Source of the DNA: Verrucomicrobiia bacterium
GTDB lineage: Bacteria > Verrucomicrobiota > Verrucomicrobiia > Limisphaerales > UBA1319
Length of the DNA stretch: 64,000 nt
NCBI GenBank assembly: GCA_963664225.1
Contig: OY760937.1
Coordinates: forward strand, 128,001-192,000
Direction of reading: 5' to 3'
Of this stretch, positions 20,030 through 29,574 are shown one piece after another; the stretch's first letter is position 1; every line of letters begins with the position of its first letter. The position numbers and the translations under genes are program-made. The notes beneath the pieces were generated by a model that worked only from the letters and a program-made list of their open reading frames with translations, was not told where the DNA came from and did not search any database.

Positions 20030-20240
20030 ACTCCGTTCCGCGGCGCAAGTTGTGAGGTGAGTTCCTTAAAGGGCGCAACCAGAGAGGGTTATCCGACAGC
20101 AGGTAGCGTTCAACCGGTTGACCACGGGTTGAACGCTGGTCAACCGAAGTGGTGCAAACCAGTTTTTGAGGCAGGTGACCTGGCTTTAAGAACCAGGCCA
20201 CCTTCGTTGTGGAAACAACTGTTGTATTCCGCCGGGAGCT

Positions 20241-22361
20241 CTATTTGCGCAGTCGGAAGAACGCGCTATTGGCTCCAGCGGGGATGGTGACGGTGTTCAG
20301 ATCACCGTTTACGACCACCGCAGGCTGGGGATCGAGATCGACGAAGCCTGTCGAAAGATTGGAGCTGGACTGAACCATCATGTTGGTGAACGACACAGGC
20401 CACGAGAGGAGAACATTCGATCCGGATCGTGAGATCGAGGCCGTAATCAAAGCACGTTCCTCCAGTTCGTAAACCTTGCCATCCAAACCACCCAGCAGCA
20501 TTTTCCTCCCATCGGTCGTCACGTCCAGGCCGAAATATTGCGTGGAGCCACCCGTGAGCGCGTCCAACTGCGCTTTGGTATAAGTGGCATACAACGCTCC
20601 CAGCGTGGTCGCGTCAGTCATTTTATAAACCTGAACGCCGTTGTCGGTCGTCTGCACGTAGAGATACCCATCCCGTTCCAGCACACTCCAAATGCCAAAG
20701 CTGCCGGTGCCGCTCAAAGTGCCCGCATTGCCCAGTAATGTCTCCGCGCCCGTGGCCAGATTGACGGCGTAGAAGTTGGGGTTGGCGTTCAGTCCGGCGT
20801 CTCCGTAGTAGGCGTAGCCGCTGAAAACATCGCCCGTGCGCACATTGCGAATCCGGGTGCTGACGCTGGTCGGGACAAAGCCATCCGCGTTCCATGCGAT
20901 GTTCTTGGTCACGGCAAAGGGTTGGGCGGTCACATCGGCCAGGCACAGGCGCTTTCGGTTCCCGGACGTATAGACGGTGTAGATGATGGTGTCATCGTCC
21001 ACCCAATCGAAAGCATCCACGGTCATGGCATCGGGCGCATCAGCGTTGGCGACCAGATTCCCGGCGAAGTCGTACTGCGTGAACGTCGTCGTGGGCGTCG
21101 CAGCACTGCTCGAGCCGATCAGGTAGGTTGATTTGAATGCCCCGCGGAAGGGTGCCACCATGCGGTGTTCCATGGCCGTATTGGCGCTGTTATCCACGAG
21201 CATCTCCGCCGTTGCGGAGTCTGTGGAATAGCGGCCGAAACAAGGCACATTGACTTGATTGGCGTAGATTTTCCCGTCAAAGAAACGGGGGTTGAACATG
21301 CTGCTGTGGGCGATGCCAAGGTCCGCGCTGGGCTGCACAGTCACATGAACCTGCAATTGTTCCGCCCGGAGCGGCACGCCGCGAACGCCCAGTTGATAGA
21401 CCTTGCCGGCAAGGCCGCTCAGCAGCAGTTTTTTGCCATCGGACGTCACGTCCAGGCCGAAATACTGCGCGGAACCACCCGTCAGCGCGTCCATCTGTTC
21501 CTTGGTGTAGGTGGCATACAACGCACCCAGCGTGGTCGCGTCGGTCATGTTATAGACTTGAATGCCGTTGTCGGTCGTCTGCACGTAGAGATAGCCACCC
21601 CGTTCCAACACGGTCCATACACCAAAGCTTCCCGTGCCGGTCAGCGTGCCCGCATTGCCCAATAATGTCTCCGCGCCCGTGGCCAGATTGAGGGCGTAGA
21701 AGTTGGGATTGGCGTTCAGCCCGGCGTCGCCATAATAGACGTAGCCGCTGAATACATCCCCCTTGCGCACATTGCGAATCCGGGTGCTGACACTGGTGGT
21801 GGCGTAACCATTGGCGTTCCAGGCGGTGTTCTTGGTCACGGAAAAAGGTTCGGCAACCACATCGGCCAGATACAGGCGTTTTCGATTTCCAGAAGTATAG
21901 ACCGCATAGACGACGGTGTCATTGTCCACCCAGTCGAAAGCGTCCACGGAAAGGCTGTCAGGCGCTTCAGCCGTCACAGGATTATTCCCGTCAAAATCGT
22001 ATCGCGTAAAGGTCGTGGTGGGTGTGGCGGCGCTGCTCGAACCGAGTATGTAATTCGTGCTGAGAGTGCCGCGGAATGGGGCCACCATGCGGTGTTCGAA
22101 AGCATTGTCGCCGCTATTATTCACGACCATCTCCGGCGTGCTCGAGTCCGAGGAATAACGTCCGAAACAGGAAACATTGATCTGGTTGGCGAAGATTTTC
22201 CCGTCAAAATAACGGGCGTTAAACATGCTGTTGCCGGCGATATTCAAGTCGGCGCTGGGTTGCACGGTCAATCGAAGCCGCACTTGATCCGGCAGGCTCG
22301 GAGCCCCCTTGGCCAATGAAGCGGCCAGAAAAGCGGCCGCCAGGATTATTTGTGTTTTCAT
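20241..22361 (-). CDS. Secreted protein with two tandem ~309-aa beta-rich (propeller-like) domains and a C-terminal FFRL domain
   Basis: Signal peptide; internal duplication with 927-nt period; ends LSWP..VQSSSNL..FFRLRK. Confidence 0.8.
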   Translation of the reverse strand: MKTQIILAAAFLAASLAKGAPSLPDQVRLRLTVQPSADLNIAGNSMFNARYFDGKIFANQINVSCFGRYSSDSSTPEMVVNNSGDNAFEHRMVAPFRGTLSTNYILGSSSAATPTTTFTRYDFDGNNPVTAEAPDSLSVDAFDWVDNDTVVYAVYTSGNRKRLYLADVVAEPFSVTKNTAWNANGYATTSVSTRIRNVRKGDVFSGYVYYGDAGLNANPNFYALNLATGAETLLGNAGTLTGTGSFGVWTVLERGGYLYVQTTDNGIQVYNMTDATTLGALYATYTKEQMDALTGGSAQYFGLDVTSDGKKLLLSGLAGKVYQLGVRGVPLRAEQLQVHVTVQPSADLGIAHSSMFNPRFFDGKIYANQVNVPCFGRYSTDSATAEMLVDNSANTAMEHRMVAPFRGAFKSTYLIGSSSAATPTTTFTQYDFAGNLVANADAPDAMTVDAFDWVDDDTIIYTVYTSGNRKRLCLADVTAQPFAVTKNIAWNADGFVPTSVSTRIRNVRTGDVFSGYAYYGDAGLNANPNFYAVNLATGAETLLGNAGTLSGTGSFGIWSVLERDGYLYVQTTDNGVQVYKMTDATTLGALYATYTKAQLDALTGGSTQYFGLDVTTDGRKMLLGGLDGKVYELEERALITASISRSGSNVLLSWPVSFTNMMVQSSSNLSTGFVDLDPQPAVVVNGDLNTVTIPAGANSAFFRLRK

Positions 22362-22706
22362 TATTTATTTTTGGTTTGTTTGTTCTGCGAAGATTATTTG
22401 ACGATCGATTGGCGATACACGGGGGCGGGGCAGATTGCCTGGGCATCTGCAAAAGCACGACGAAGTCGCGGCGGATCATTTTTGGACGCGTGCAACATGG
22501 ATTCAATTAACTTCAGGAGCAGAGTCCTTCTCATTTGAGGACGCCCATATATTGAAATAATGGAAATTCCATTTTTTACCCAAACGCGTGCCCGGGTGAT
22601 TAGGTTTTTGACTTCGGCTATGCTGCGAACTCTATATCGTTCATGGCAGTCGTCAAGAACTTTGACAATGGTTAAAGGGCGTAAGACAAAATTCTTTGGC
22701 AAGCGA

Positions 22707-23312
22707 AAAAGTCAGATCTGAAAGGACGACCGCCCTCCCCATGAACCCAAAGTGGGATGTCTTTCATTACAAGTTACATTAAGTGGGTGAAGAAATATCA
22801 ACATGGATAAGCAGGATAGGCAGGATTTTTAACCACGGATGGCACGGATGAGGGAGGAAATGGATAATTGAGTCATCGAAAAAAACGAACACCCTGGATG
22901 CGAATGATGGGATACGAAAAGCCACCTCACCCCGTCCCTCTCCCCAAAGCGGAGAGGGAGGAGTATTGCGAGTCCTGGTTTTTTTGCACGGTTTGGAGGA
23001 TACGGCCGCACCGTGTTGGCGAGGGGACAATTGACATATGACCAAGTGGGTGGTTTGGAGGTGCCGCCGCGTGGGGTATGGAGGGGAGAATGGATAAGTG
23101 ACAATTGATAATGAATAATAATAGAAAAAAAGAAATTGACGCACGCCCTCATCCCGGCCTTCTCCCCCAGGAGAAGGAGGAGTATTGGGGGATATCGGTG
23201 TAATTGGATGGTTTGGGAGCGGCCGCCGCGTGGGGTATGGAGGGGAGAATGGATAAGTGACAATTGATAATGGACAATGATAGAAACAAAGAAATTGACG
23301 CACGCCCTCATC
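22707..23312 (+). repeat. Modular intergenic repeat cluster A
   Basis: Contains the CCCTCCCCATGAACCC block, GGAT 9-mer repeats, CCTTCTCCCCCAGGAGAAGG hairpin and TTGACAA-type heptamers, all found again at 24453-25060 and 29575-30612. Confidence 0.9.
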
Positions 23313-23396
23313 CTGCAGACCAAGTTGGCCCCCAAACTTGCCGCTTGATATCCTCGTCCCGTCTGCCAACCTGCCGGTTTTAAAGCGCACGTTAAA

Positions 23397-24377
23397 ATGG
23401 CAAAACCACCGACATCGTTCCAAAGACGCCTGCTCAAGGGCCTGTTGATCCTGATGGCCGTTTTTGCCCTTGGCATGGGGACGCTCATCGCGGTGTTCTC
23501 TTATCAGGTTCACCGCGCAAACGGCGAGGTCCTCACGAGTGGAACGAAACGCGCCTACCTGCTGTATGTACCCAAAAGCTACCAGAGCAACCAGCCGACG
23601 CCGCTCGTGATCTGCATCCACGGTTTTGGCGAATGGCCGGCGCACGTCATGGACATCAGCCGCTGGAACCGCCTCGCCGATGAATTTGGTTTCCTGGTGG
23701 TCTATCCCAGGGGCAGCAGATTCCCGCTCCATTGGGCCAGCAATGACCGCCCGAACGAAGGGGTCCGGTCCCGGCGGGATGTGCAGTTCATTTCCGACCT
23801 GATCGACCAGTTGGGCCGTGAATACAACATCGATGCGAAGCGGGTTTACGCCAACGGCCTCTCCAATGGTGGCGGCATGTCGTTTCTGCTCGCCTGCAGG
23901 CTGTCGGAACGCATCGCGGCGATTGGCGGCGTTTCCGGGGCTTACCTCATGCCCTGGAGCGCCTACACCCCGCAGCGTCCAGTGCCGACCATCCTCTTTC
24001 ACGGCACGGCGGACAAAATCGTGCCCTACCACGGCGGCCCCTCGCGCATGTTCAAAGTCCCCTTTCCCGATGTTCCGGAGTGGGTGCAATCGTTGGCGGC
24101 CCGTAATGGCTGCGACCCCACTCCCGTCCCATTGATTCCCGTTGGCGAAGTCACCGGAGTGCGCTATTCGGGCGGCGCGTCAAACGCCGAAGTCGTGTTC
24201 TACACCGTGGCCGGTGGCGGTCATACATGGCCCGGGGGCAAGGATATGCCGGCCTTTATTACCGGGCTCACCACCCACGATGTGGACGCCACCCGACTCA
24301 TGTGGGAGTTCTTCCAGCAACATCCGATGAACAGGGTGCATGACAAAATTCTTCGGCGAGCGAAAAAAGACCTTTAA
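23397..24377 (+). CDS. PHB depolymerase/LpqC-family esterase
   Basis: YLLYVP..PLVICIHG, GFLVVYP, NGLSNGGGM, FHGTADKIVP, GGGHTWPG. Confidence 0.9.
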   Translation: MAKPPTSFQRRLLKGLLILMAVFALGMGTLIAVFSYQVHRANGEVLTSGTKRAYLLYVPKSYQSNQPTPLVICIHGFGEWPAHVMDISRWNRLADEFGFLVVYPRGSRFPLHWASNDRPNEGVRSRRDVQFISDLIDQLGREYNIDAKRVYANGLSNGGGMSFLLACRLSERIAAIGGVSGAYLMPWSAYTPQRPVPTILFHGTADKIVPYHGGPSRMFKVPFPDVPEWVQSLAARNGCDPTPVPLIPVGEVTGVRYSGGASNAEVVFYTVAGGGHTWPGGKDMPAFITGLTTHDVDATRLMWEFFQQHPMNRVHDKILRRAKKDL

Positions 24378-24452
24378 AAGGCCTTGTGAGTATATACGAA
24401 ACAAATATAGCAAGAGTTTCGGGAATGGCCGGGCGCCGATTGAGGGTCCGGC

Positions 24453-25060
24453 AAAAGTCAGATCTGAAAGGACGACCGCCCTCCCCATGAACCCAAAGTG
24501 GGATGTCTTTCATTACAAGTTACATGGAAAGAAGTGGGTGAAGAAATATCAACATGGATAAGCAGGATGAGCAGGATTTTTAACCACTGATATCACGGAT
24601 GAGGAAATGGATAATTGAGAAATCGACCGGCAGCGAATTACAGAAAAGGGTTGACGCACGCCCTCATCCCGGCCTTCTCCCCCAGGAGAAGGAGGAGTAT
24701 TGCGAGCCCTGGATTTGATGCACGGTTTGGAAGGTGCCGCCGCGTGGGGTTGGTTCATGAAGGAAACTTCAGTTGGAGGGGGAATTAAGGCACGCCCTCC
24801 CCATGAACCCAAAGTGGGATGTCTTTCATTACAAGTTACATGGAAAGAAGTGGGTGAAGAAATATCAACATGGATAAGCAGGATGAGCAGGATTTTTAAC
24901 CACGGATGGCACGGATGAGGAAATGGATAATTGAGAAATCGACCGGCAGCGAATTACAGAAAAGGGTTGACGCACGCCCTCATCCCTTCCTTCTCCCCCA
25001 GGAGAAGGAGGAGTATTGGGAGCCCTGTGTTTATTGCACGGTTTGGAGGATGCCACCGTG
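24453..25060 (+). repeat. Modular intergenic repeat cluster B (two ~316-bp tandem copies)
   Basis: CCCTCCCCATGAACCC at 24479 and 24795 with near-identical downstream ~220 bp. Confidence 0.92.
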
Positions 25061-25201
25061 CCGGACTACATGCTCCACACCGCCGACTGACGTTCGGGCT
25101 GGGTTCGTACGGTTTAGGCTTTTACCAGCTTCGTGAATTTTGTCATGCACCCCCATGGACATTCACTGAATTGTTTTCCTCCATCAAACGTCATAAAATC
25201 C

Positions 25202-26998
25202 ATGTTCATGAAAACGAGCCTGTTAAATACTCCGCGCTTTGAAACGCCTGTGCGGTCGGCCATGGGATTGCTCTCGCTCTCCATCCTGCTGCTCTGCGCG
25301 TTGGCCCCGCGCGCCGCCGCCGTGTCGGTGATGATTCAGGACTTTGAGAAAGCCTCGATCCAACCCTCCGTCTGGGTCGTGAACATCCCCAACGAAAACG
25401 CCTCCGTCCAATCTTCCACCGATTCGGCGCATGATGGGAAACAAGGCTTGAAGCTGCATTACCATTTTGTCGGCGCGGGCCAGTTCCAGTACCTCGGCAT
25501 TCCCAACAAGGTCCGCATCCTGGCCCCGGTTCACAAACTCCATCTCTGGATCAAAGGTGACCATTCGCTCTGTTCCCATGGCGTGCAGGTGAACGATGCC
25601 AGCGGCGAGACACACCAATACAAGGGTTCGAGCCTGGGCAAAAACATCGACTTCACCGGATGGAAAGAGGCCGTCATCGATCTGGACGCGAACCACGAAA
25701 CCTGGGGCGGCGATAAGAACGGCAAAATCGATTACCCCATCACCACCATCACCTTCACCGTGGGCCAGCCTCAGGAAAACGAAAAACCGCTCGCCGCCGA
25801 AGGCGACCTCTCCTTCGATTCCCTCAGCGTGGACTCCGAGAAAAGCGCCGACGAAACCCTGGGATGCCAGGTCTCCGTGATCTCGCCCGCCTATTGCGCG
25901 GAGGTGAAGGGCGACACCGCCGTCACTCTTGCCGCCCCCGGTTTCAAGAGCCTGACCGTGAAATGCTGGAAACAGGGCGACGGCTTTGGAGCCGATTCCA
26001 CCCTCGCCACCGTCGATCTCGATGCCAAAGGCGGCGGCTCCTTCGTTTTCCCCGCCGACCAGTATCCGCACGGACCGGTCACCGTGAGAATCGTCGGTCA
26101 GAACGGCGCGGTCAAAGACAACTGCTATCTCCAGCTCTACAACAAGGGCGGCGTTTCCTGGAACGAAGGCATCCCTTCCGACCCACCCCCGGCGGCGAAA
26201 GGAATGTCCCTCGTCTTTGCGGACGACTTCAAGGGGTCTCTCTCCATCTCCAGCACGGACACCAACGCCACCTATTACGATCACAAGCCGCCGGGCGGCT
26301 GGCAGGATTTCAGCGTCCATAATTTCTCCAGCCACGATTCCCCGAAAAACCCCTTTGCCCAGGTCGATTCCTACCTCCGCATCCGGGCCAGCGACCAGAC
26401 CCACAGCGCGGGCCTGATCTCCTCGATGAAAAACAACGCCACCGGCATCACCGCCAGGGCACCCTGTTATTTCGAATGCCGGTTCATTGGCCCCAACGCC
26501 ATCGGCACATGGCCCGCCTTCTGGCTCATGACCGATTACATGACCGCCCAGGTCAAAGGCAAAAAAGTGCCGTGCGATGAACTGGACATTGTGGAAGCCT
26601 ACGGCGGCGAAGGCCCCCGCGAACCCAACGCGTTCGACACCTACATGATCACCCCCCACTGCTGGGATCAGGGCGAGACGGGCAAGGCCATCGAGAAAAA
26701 AGCCTTCGAGGGCCTGCACAACCCGGTTCGCATGGGCCAATCCGGCATTCCCTCCACCTGGTTCGACACCTTCCACACCTACGGCTGCAAAGTCACCGAG
26801 GCGGACACCATTTACTATTGCGACAACATCGAAGTGGGACGCCACGCCACACTCCCGCTCTCCAGGAACCAGCCGCTGTTTTTCCTCATCAACCTCGCCA
26901 CCGGCGGCGGATGGCCCGTCGATCTGTCCCGCTACAATGGCCTGGCGGACATGTATGTGGACTACGTCCGGGTTTACAGCACCGCCCCGGCAAAATAG
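25202..26998 (+). CDS. GH16-family glycoside hydrolase with N-terminal carbohydrate-binding-like domain
   Basis: Signal peptide; LVFADDF, YFECR..WPAFWL..ELDIVEAYG, FHTYG, DMYVDYVRVY. Confidence 0.88.
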   Translation: MFMKTSLLNTPRFETPVRSAMGLLSLSILLLCALAPRAAAVSVMIQDFEKASIQPSVWVVNIPNENASVQSSTDSAHDGKQGLKLHYHFVGAGQFQYLGIPNKVRILAPVHKLHLWIKGDHSLCSHGVQVNDASGETHQYKGSSLGKNIDFTGWKEAVIDLDANHETWGGDKNGKIDYPITTITFTVGQPQENEKPLAAEGDLSFDSLSVDSEKSADETLGCQVSVISPAYCAEVKGDTAVTLAAPGFKSLTVKCWKQGDGFGADSTLATVDLDAKGGGSFVFPADQYPHGPVTVRIVGQNGAVKDNCYLQLYNKGGVSWNEGIPSDPPPAAKGMSLVFADDFKGSLSISSTDTNATYYDHKPPGGWQDFSVHNFSSHDSPKNPFAQVDSYLRIRASDQTHSAGLISSMKNNATGITARAPCYFECRFIGPNAIGTWPAFWLMTDYMTAQVKGKKVPCDELDIVEAYGGEGPREPNAFDTYMITPHCWDQGETGKAIEKKAFEGLHNPVRMGQSGIPSTWFDTFHTYGCKVTEADTIYYCDNIEVGRHATLPLSRNQPLFFLINLATGGGWPVDLSRYNGLADMYVDYVRVYSTAPAK

Positions 26999-27060
26999 AA
27001 TCACCCAAACATGTAAAGACCGAACGCCAGCGCAGCGTCTTCGCGCCGGCGTTCCCCTAT

Positions 27061-27230
27061 ATATTTAGTGTCCATTAGTTCTAAACAGCGGAATATTCCA
27101 TATGTTTCATTGCTCTTTGCGGTTAACTCCTTTTATATTCATCCCCTCTATTATTAGTGTTTATTAGTGTTAATTAGCGGTTTAATCCATTTGTTTATTT
27201 GCGGTCTATGCGCTCTTTGTGGTTAAATAT
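27061..27230 (-). repeat. AT-rich cluster of short periodic repeats
   Basis: ATTAGTGTTT-ATTAGTGTTA-ATTAGCGGTT and twice CTCTTTG(C/T)GGTTAA. Confidence 0.6.
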
Positions 27231-27304
27231 CCCTAGCCCATTTTTCCCGTAATTCGCGGCTTTATCCCCCTGAGCTCATTCGTTCAGGCCTCATTTGAAC
27301 CGAC

Positions 27305-27340
27305 AAAAAAAACCGCCTCAATTGGAATATTGGGCGGTTT
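27305..27340 (-). terminator. Rho-independent terminator for the prepilin-lipoprotein pair
   Basis: A-run then AACCGCC / GGCGGTT stem. Confidence 0.65.
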
Positions 27341-27384
27341 GCGGAACTGTATCCTTGAGCTTGAGTGTTTTCCCTTATGTTGCC

Positions 27385-27747
27385 TTAGCGCAAGGTTGTC
27401 TTCTTAAGTTCGTCGAGCGCTTTGTTGGCAGCTTCATCCCCATTGCGTGCTGCTTCGTACATCTTATCCGAAAGCGCCTGTGATGTATCCGATACCGCTT
27501 TTCTTTGTTCCGTTGTGAGCGCTGGATTATCGAATACGTTCTTCAGGGCCATGCTGGCGGCAAAGTAATCGTTGCTTTTGAGCAGGCTTTTTGCCTGGTC
27601 CCACTGGCCCTTGACCTCCGCACTTGCAGATTGGAACACCTTGTCGCGGGCCGGATCTACAGTCGTGGTTTTTTTCTCCCCGCCACAGCCCGCCACAAAC
27701 AGCGAGACCGCAGCCGCACCTGCCAATATAACGCTATTAAATCTCAT
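27385..27747 (-). CDS. Small helical lipoprotein, unknown function
   Basis: Lipobox FVAGC; starts 21 nt after the prepilin-type gene. Confidence 0.75.
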   Translation of the reverse strand: MRFNSVILAGAAAVSLFVAGCGGEKKTTTVDPARDKVFQSASAEVKGQWDQAKSLLKSNDYFAASMALKNVFDNPALTTEQRKAVSDTSQALSDKMYEAARNGDEAANKALDELKKTTLR

Positions 27748-27768
27748 ATAATATACCGTTACAGGAAC

Positions 27769-28575
27769 TTATCGCCCATTATCCGTTGCTGGATTGCACC
27801 AAAGCAAACCCTTCGTGGTCTTTAAGGATTCCTTGTCGAAGGTATCAAATTTGATAAACTCGACATGCCCGCCAAATCCGGCAATGACCGCTCCCTTGAC
27901 ATGTTTTTTGCCCACGCCTTCGCCTCTGTCTGGATAGCTGCTGGCGTCATTATACGCGAACTCTCCAATGGGCTGGTTGCCATTGTTCGGATTGAGTTTG
28001 TCTTCGTCAGGCTCCCACATCATATAAGCCGTCGGTTTGAACATGGTTTGCTTAAAGGTGTTGGGTTTTACCTTGGTTACTGCAGTGCTTTTGGTCCCAT
28101 ATCCGCAAACCGCCCCGTTCATGATGTATGTGGACATTTTATTTAGTCGTCTGAAAAAATATTTCCCATTGGTCTTGTCGAGTGGGCAGGTATAGACTTG
28201 GGTCTTCTTGATGAGATTCCACAAAGCACCACCGCTGTATGCCACTTGAGGATTCAAGCGGTTGGCTGCCGACCACATGTCCGGCGGGTTGCCGTTCCCT
28301 GTATAGAGCCAGCCGGCACCTTCAATCGGATCACTGCCCCAGTTGGGATAAGGCAACTGGTCGTTGTTGTCGTTGCAATACATCTGCATGGCCAGTGTGA
28401 ACTGTTTGTTGTTGTTCACGCAGTAGGTGCGGATGCTTTTTTCCTTGGCCTTGGACAGGGCGGGAAGGAGCATGCCGGCAAGAATCGCGATGATGGCGAT
28501 GACGACGAGCAGCTCGATGAGTGTGAACCCCTTGCGGAATCCTCCCTCTTGGATTGGGTATCCAGGTGCTTTCAT
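27769..28575 (-). CDS. Prepilin-type N-methylation domain protein (DUF1559/H-X9-DG-like family)
   Basis: [43 protein letters not shown]-terminal [15 protein letters not shown]. Confidence 0.9.
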   Translation of the reverse strand: MKAPGYPIQEGGFRKGFTLIELLVVIAIIAILAGMLLPALSKAKEKSIRTYCVNNNKQFTLAMQMYCNDNNDQLPYPNWGSDPIEGAGWLYTGNGNPPDMWSAANRLNPQVAYSGGALWNLIKKTQVYTCPLDKTNGKYFFRRLNKMSTYIMNGAVCGYGTKSTAVTKVKPNTFKQTMFKPTAYMMWEPDEDKLNPNNGNQPIGEFAYNDASSYPDRGEGVGKKHVKGAVIAGFGGHVEFIKFDTFDKESLKTTKGLLWCNPATDNGR

Positions 28576-28688
28576 AATTTTGAACATTGGTTGAACAGGT
28601 TTGCCGATTCTTGATCTTTTTCCACGGCGTGTCAACGACACGTTTTTAGAAAGCTCACGCACCGGCTGTAACCAACCATTACTGACAC

Positions 28689-28704
28689 TCAAGCCCCATG
28701 CCAA
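28689..28704 (-). promoter_or_regulatory. Possible sigma54-type promoter (imperfect -12)
   Basis: Minus strand reads TTGGCATGGGGCTTGA, close to the pilin promoter TTGGCACGGGGCTTGC. Confidence 0.4.
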
Positions 28705-28819
28705 CTGTGCGTTTTAAGGCACATCTCGGGGACTTTTTGCCCGCTTCACCCCATGAAATCACAAAACAGCCCCCCAGAAGCCTTCTTCCCCGCTCCTTTT
28801 CTGCGTTCCACCCGTTTTT

Positions 28820-28945
28820 TACGGTTAAAAATCCTGTCCATCCTGAATATCCATGTTGAATTCTCTTCGCCAGCCGTCCGCCTAATTCGCTGTTCGCTGT
28901 TTTTTTTCATTTCATTGTCCATTTTCCATTGTCAATTATCCATTT
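28820..28945 (-). repeat. Reverse-orientation copy of the modular repeat (GGAT 9-mers plus heptamers)
   Basis: GGTTAAAAATCCTGTCCATCCTGAATATCCATGTTG and CATTGTCCATTTTCCATTGTCAATTATCCATT. Confidence 0.75.
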
Positions 28946-29011
28946 CCCCCCGCCCTCCGCCTTCCGCCCCCCGTCATTTGACAATCCGGGCCCTCCGGCG
29001 ATGTTAAGCCC

Positions 29012-29563
29012 ATGAATAGAGTATTTGTGTTCTTAACTTTGCTAATCATGAGTATCGCCCCTGTCCATGCGGTCACCAACGACCTTTACCAGATTCCGCT
29101 CAAGGATCTCGACGGCAAACCCGCCACCCTGGCTCCTTATCGCGGAAAGGTTCTGCTGCTGGTCAATGTCGCCTCCAAATGCGGGCTCACCCCCCAATAT
29201 TCCGCCCTCGAATCCGTTTACGAGAAATACAAGGACAAGGGATTCGTGGTGCTCGGATTTCCGTGCAACGATTTTGCCGGCCAGGAACCCGGATCCAACG
29301 AAGAGATCCGCCAGTTTTGCAGCGCCAATTACAAGGTCACTTTCCCCCTTTTCGACAAGCTCCATGTCAAAGGCCCGGAACAGCATCCCTTGTATGAGGT
29401 TTTGACGGGCAAGGAGGCGGCTTTCCCGGGCGATGTGGCCTGGAATTTCGGCAAATTTCTCGTGTCGGCCGATGGGAAGATCATTCAACGTTTCGAACCG
29501 AAGACCACCCCTGACGATCCGAAGGTCACCAAAGCCATCGAAACCGCGCTGGCCGCAAAATAA
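29012..29563 (+). CDS. Glutathione peroxidase (Cys-type), with signal peptide
   Basis: VNVASKCGLTPQY, LGFPCNDFAGQEPG, WNFGKFLV. Confidence 0.95.
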   Translation: MNRVFVFLTLLIMSIAPVHAVTNDLYQIPLKDLDGKPATLAPYRGKVLLLVNVASKCGLTPQYSALESVYEKYKDKGFVVLGFPCNDFAGQEPGSNEEIRQFCSANYKVTFPLFDKLHVKGPEQHPLYEVLTGKEAAFPGDVAWNFGKFLVSADGKIIQRFEPKTTPDDPKVTKAIETALAAK

Positions 29564-29574
29564 TCCCTCAGAGG

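Noticed and set aside
22779..24089. 436-aa minus-strand ORF and the other ORFs in repeat clusters (24549-25242, 29588-30612)
   Set aside because: These are translations of repeat DNA and the antisense of the esterase; no credible protein features.
29012..29563. Selenocysteine glutathione peroxidase
   Set aside because: The active-site codon is TGC (Cys) and there is no in-frame TGA.
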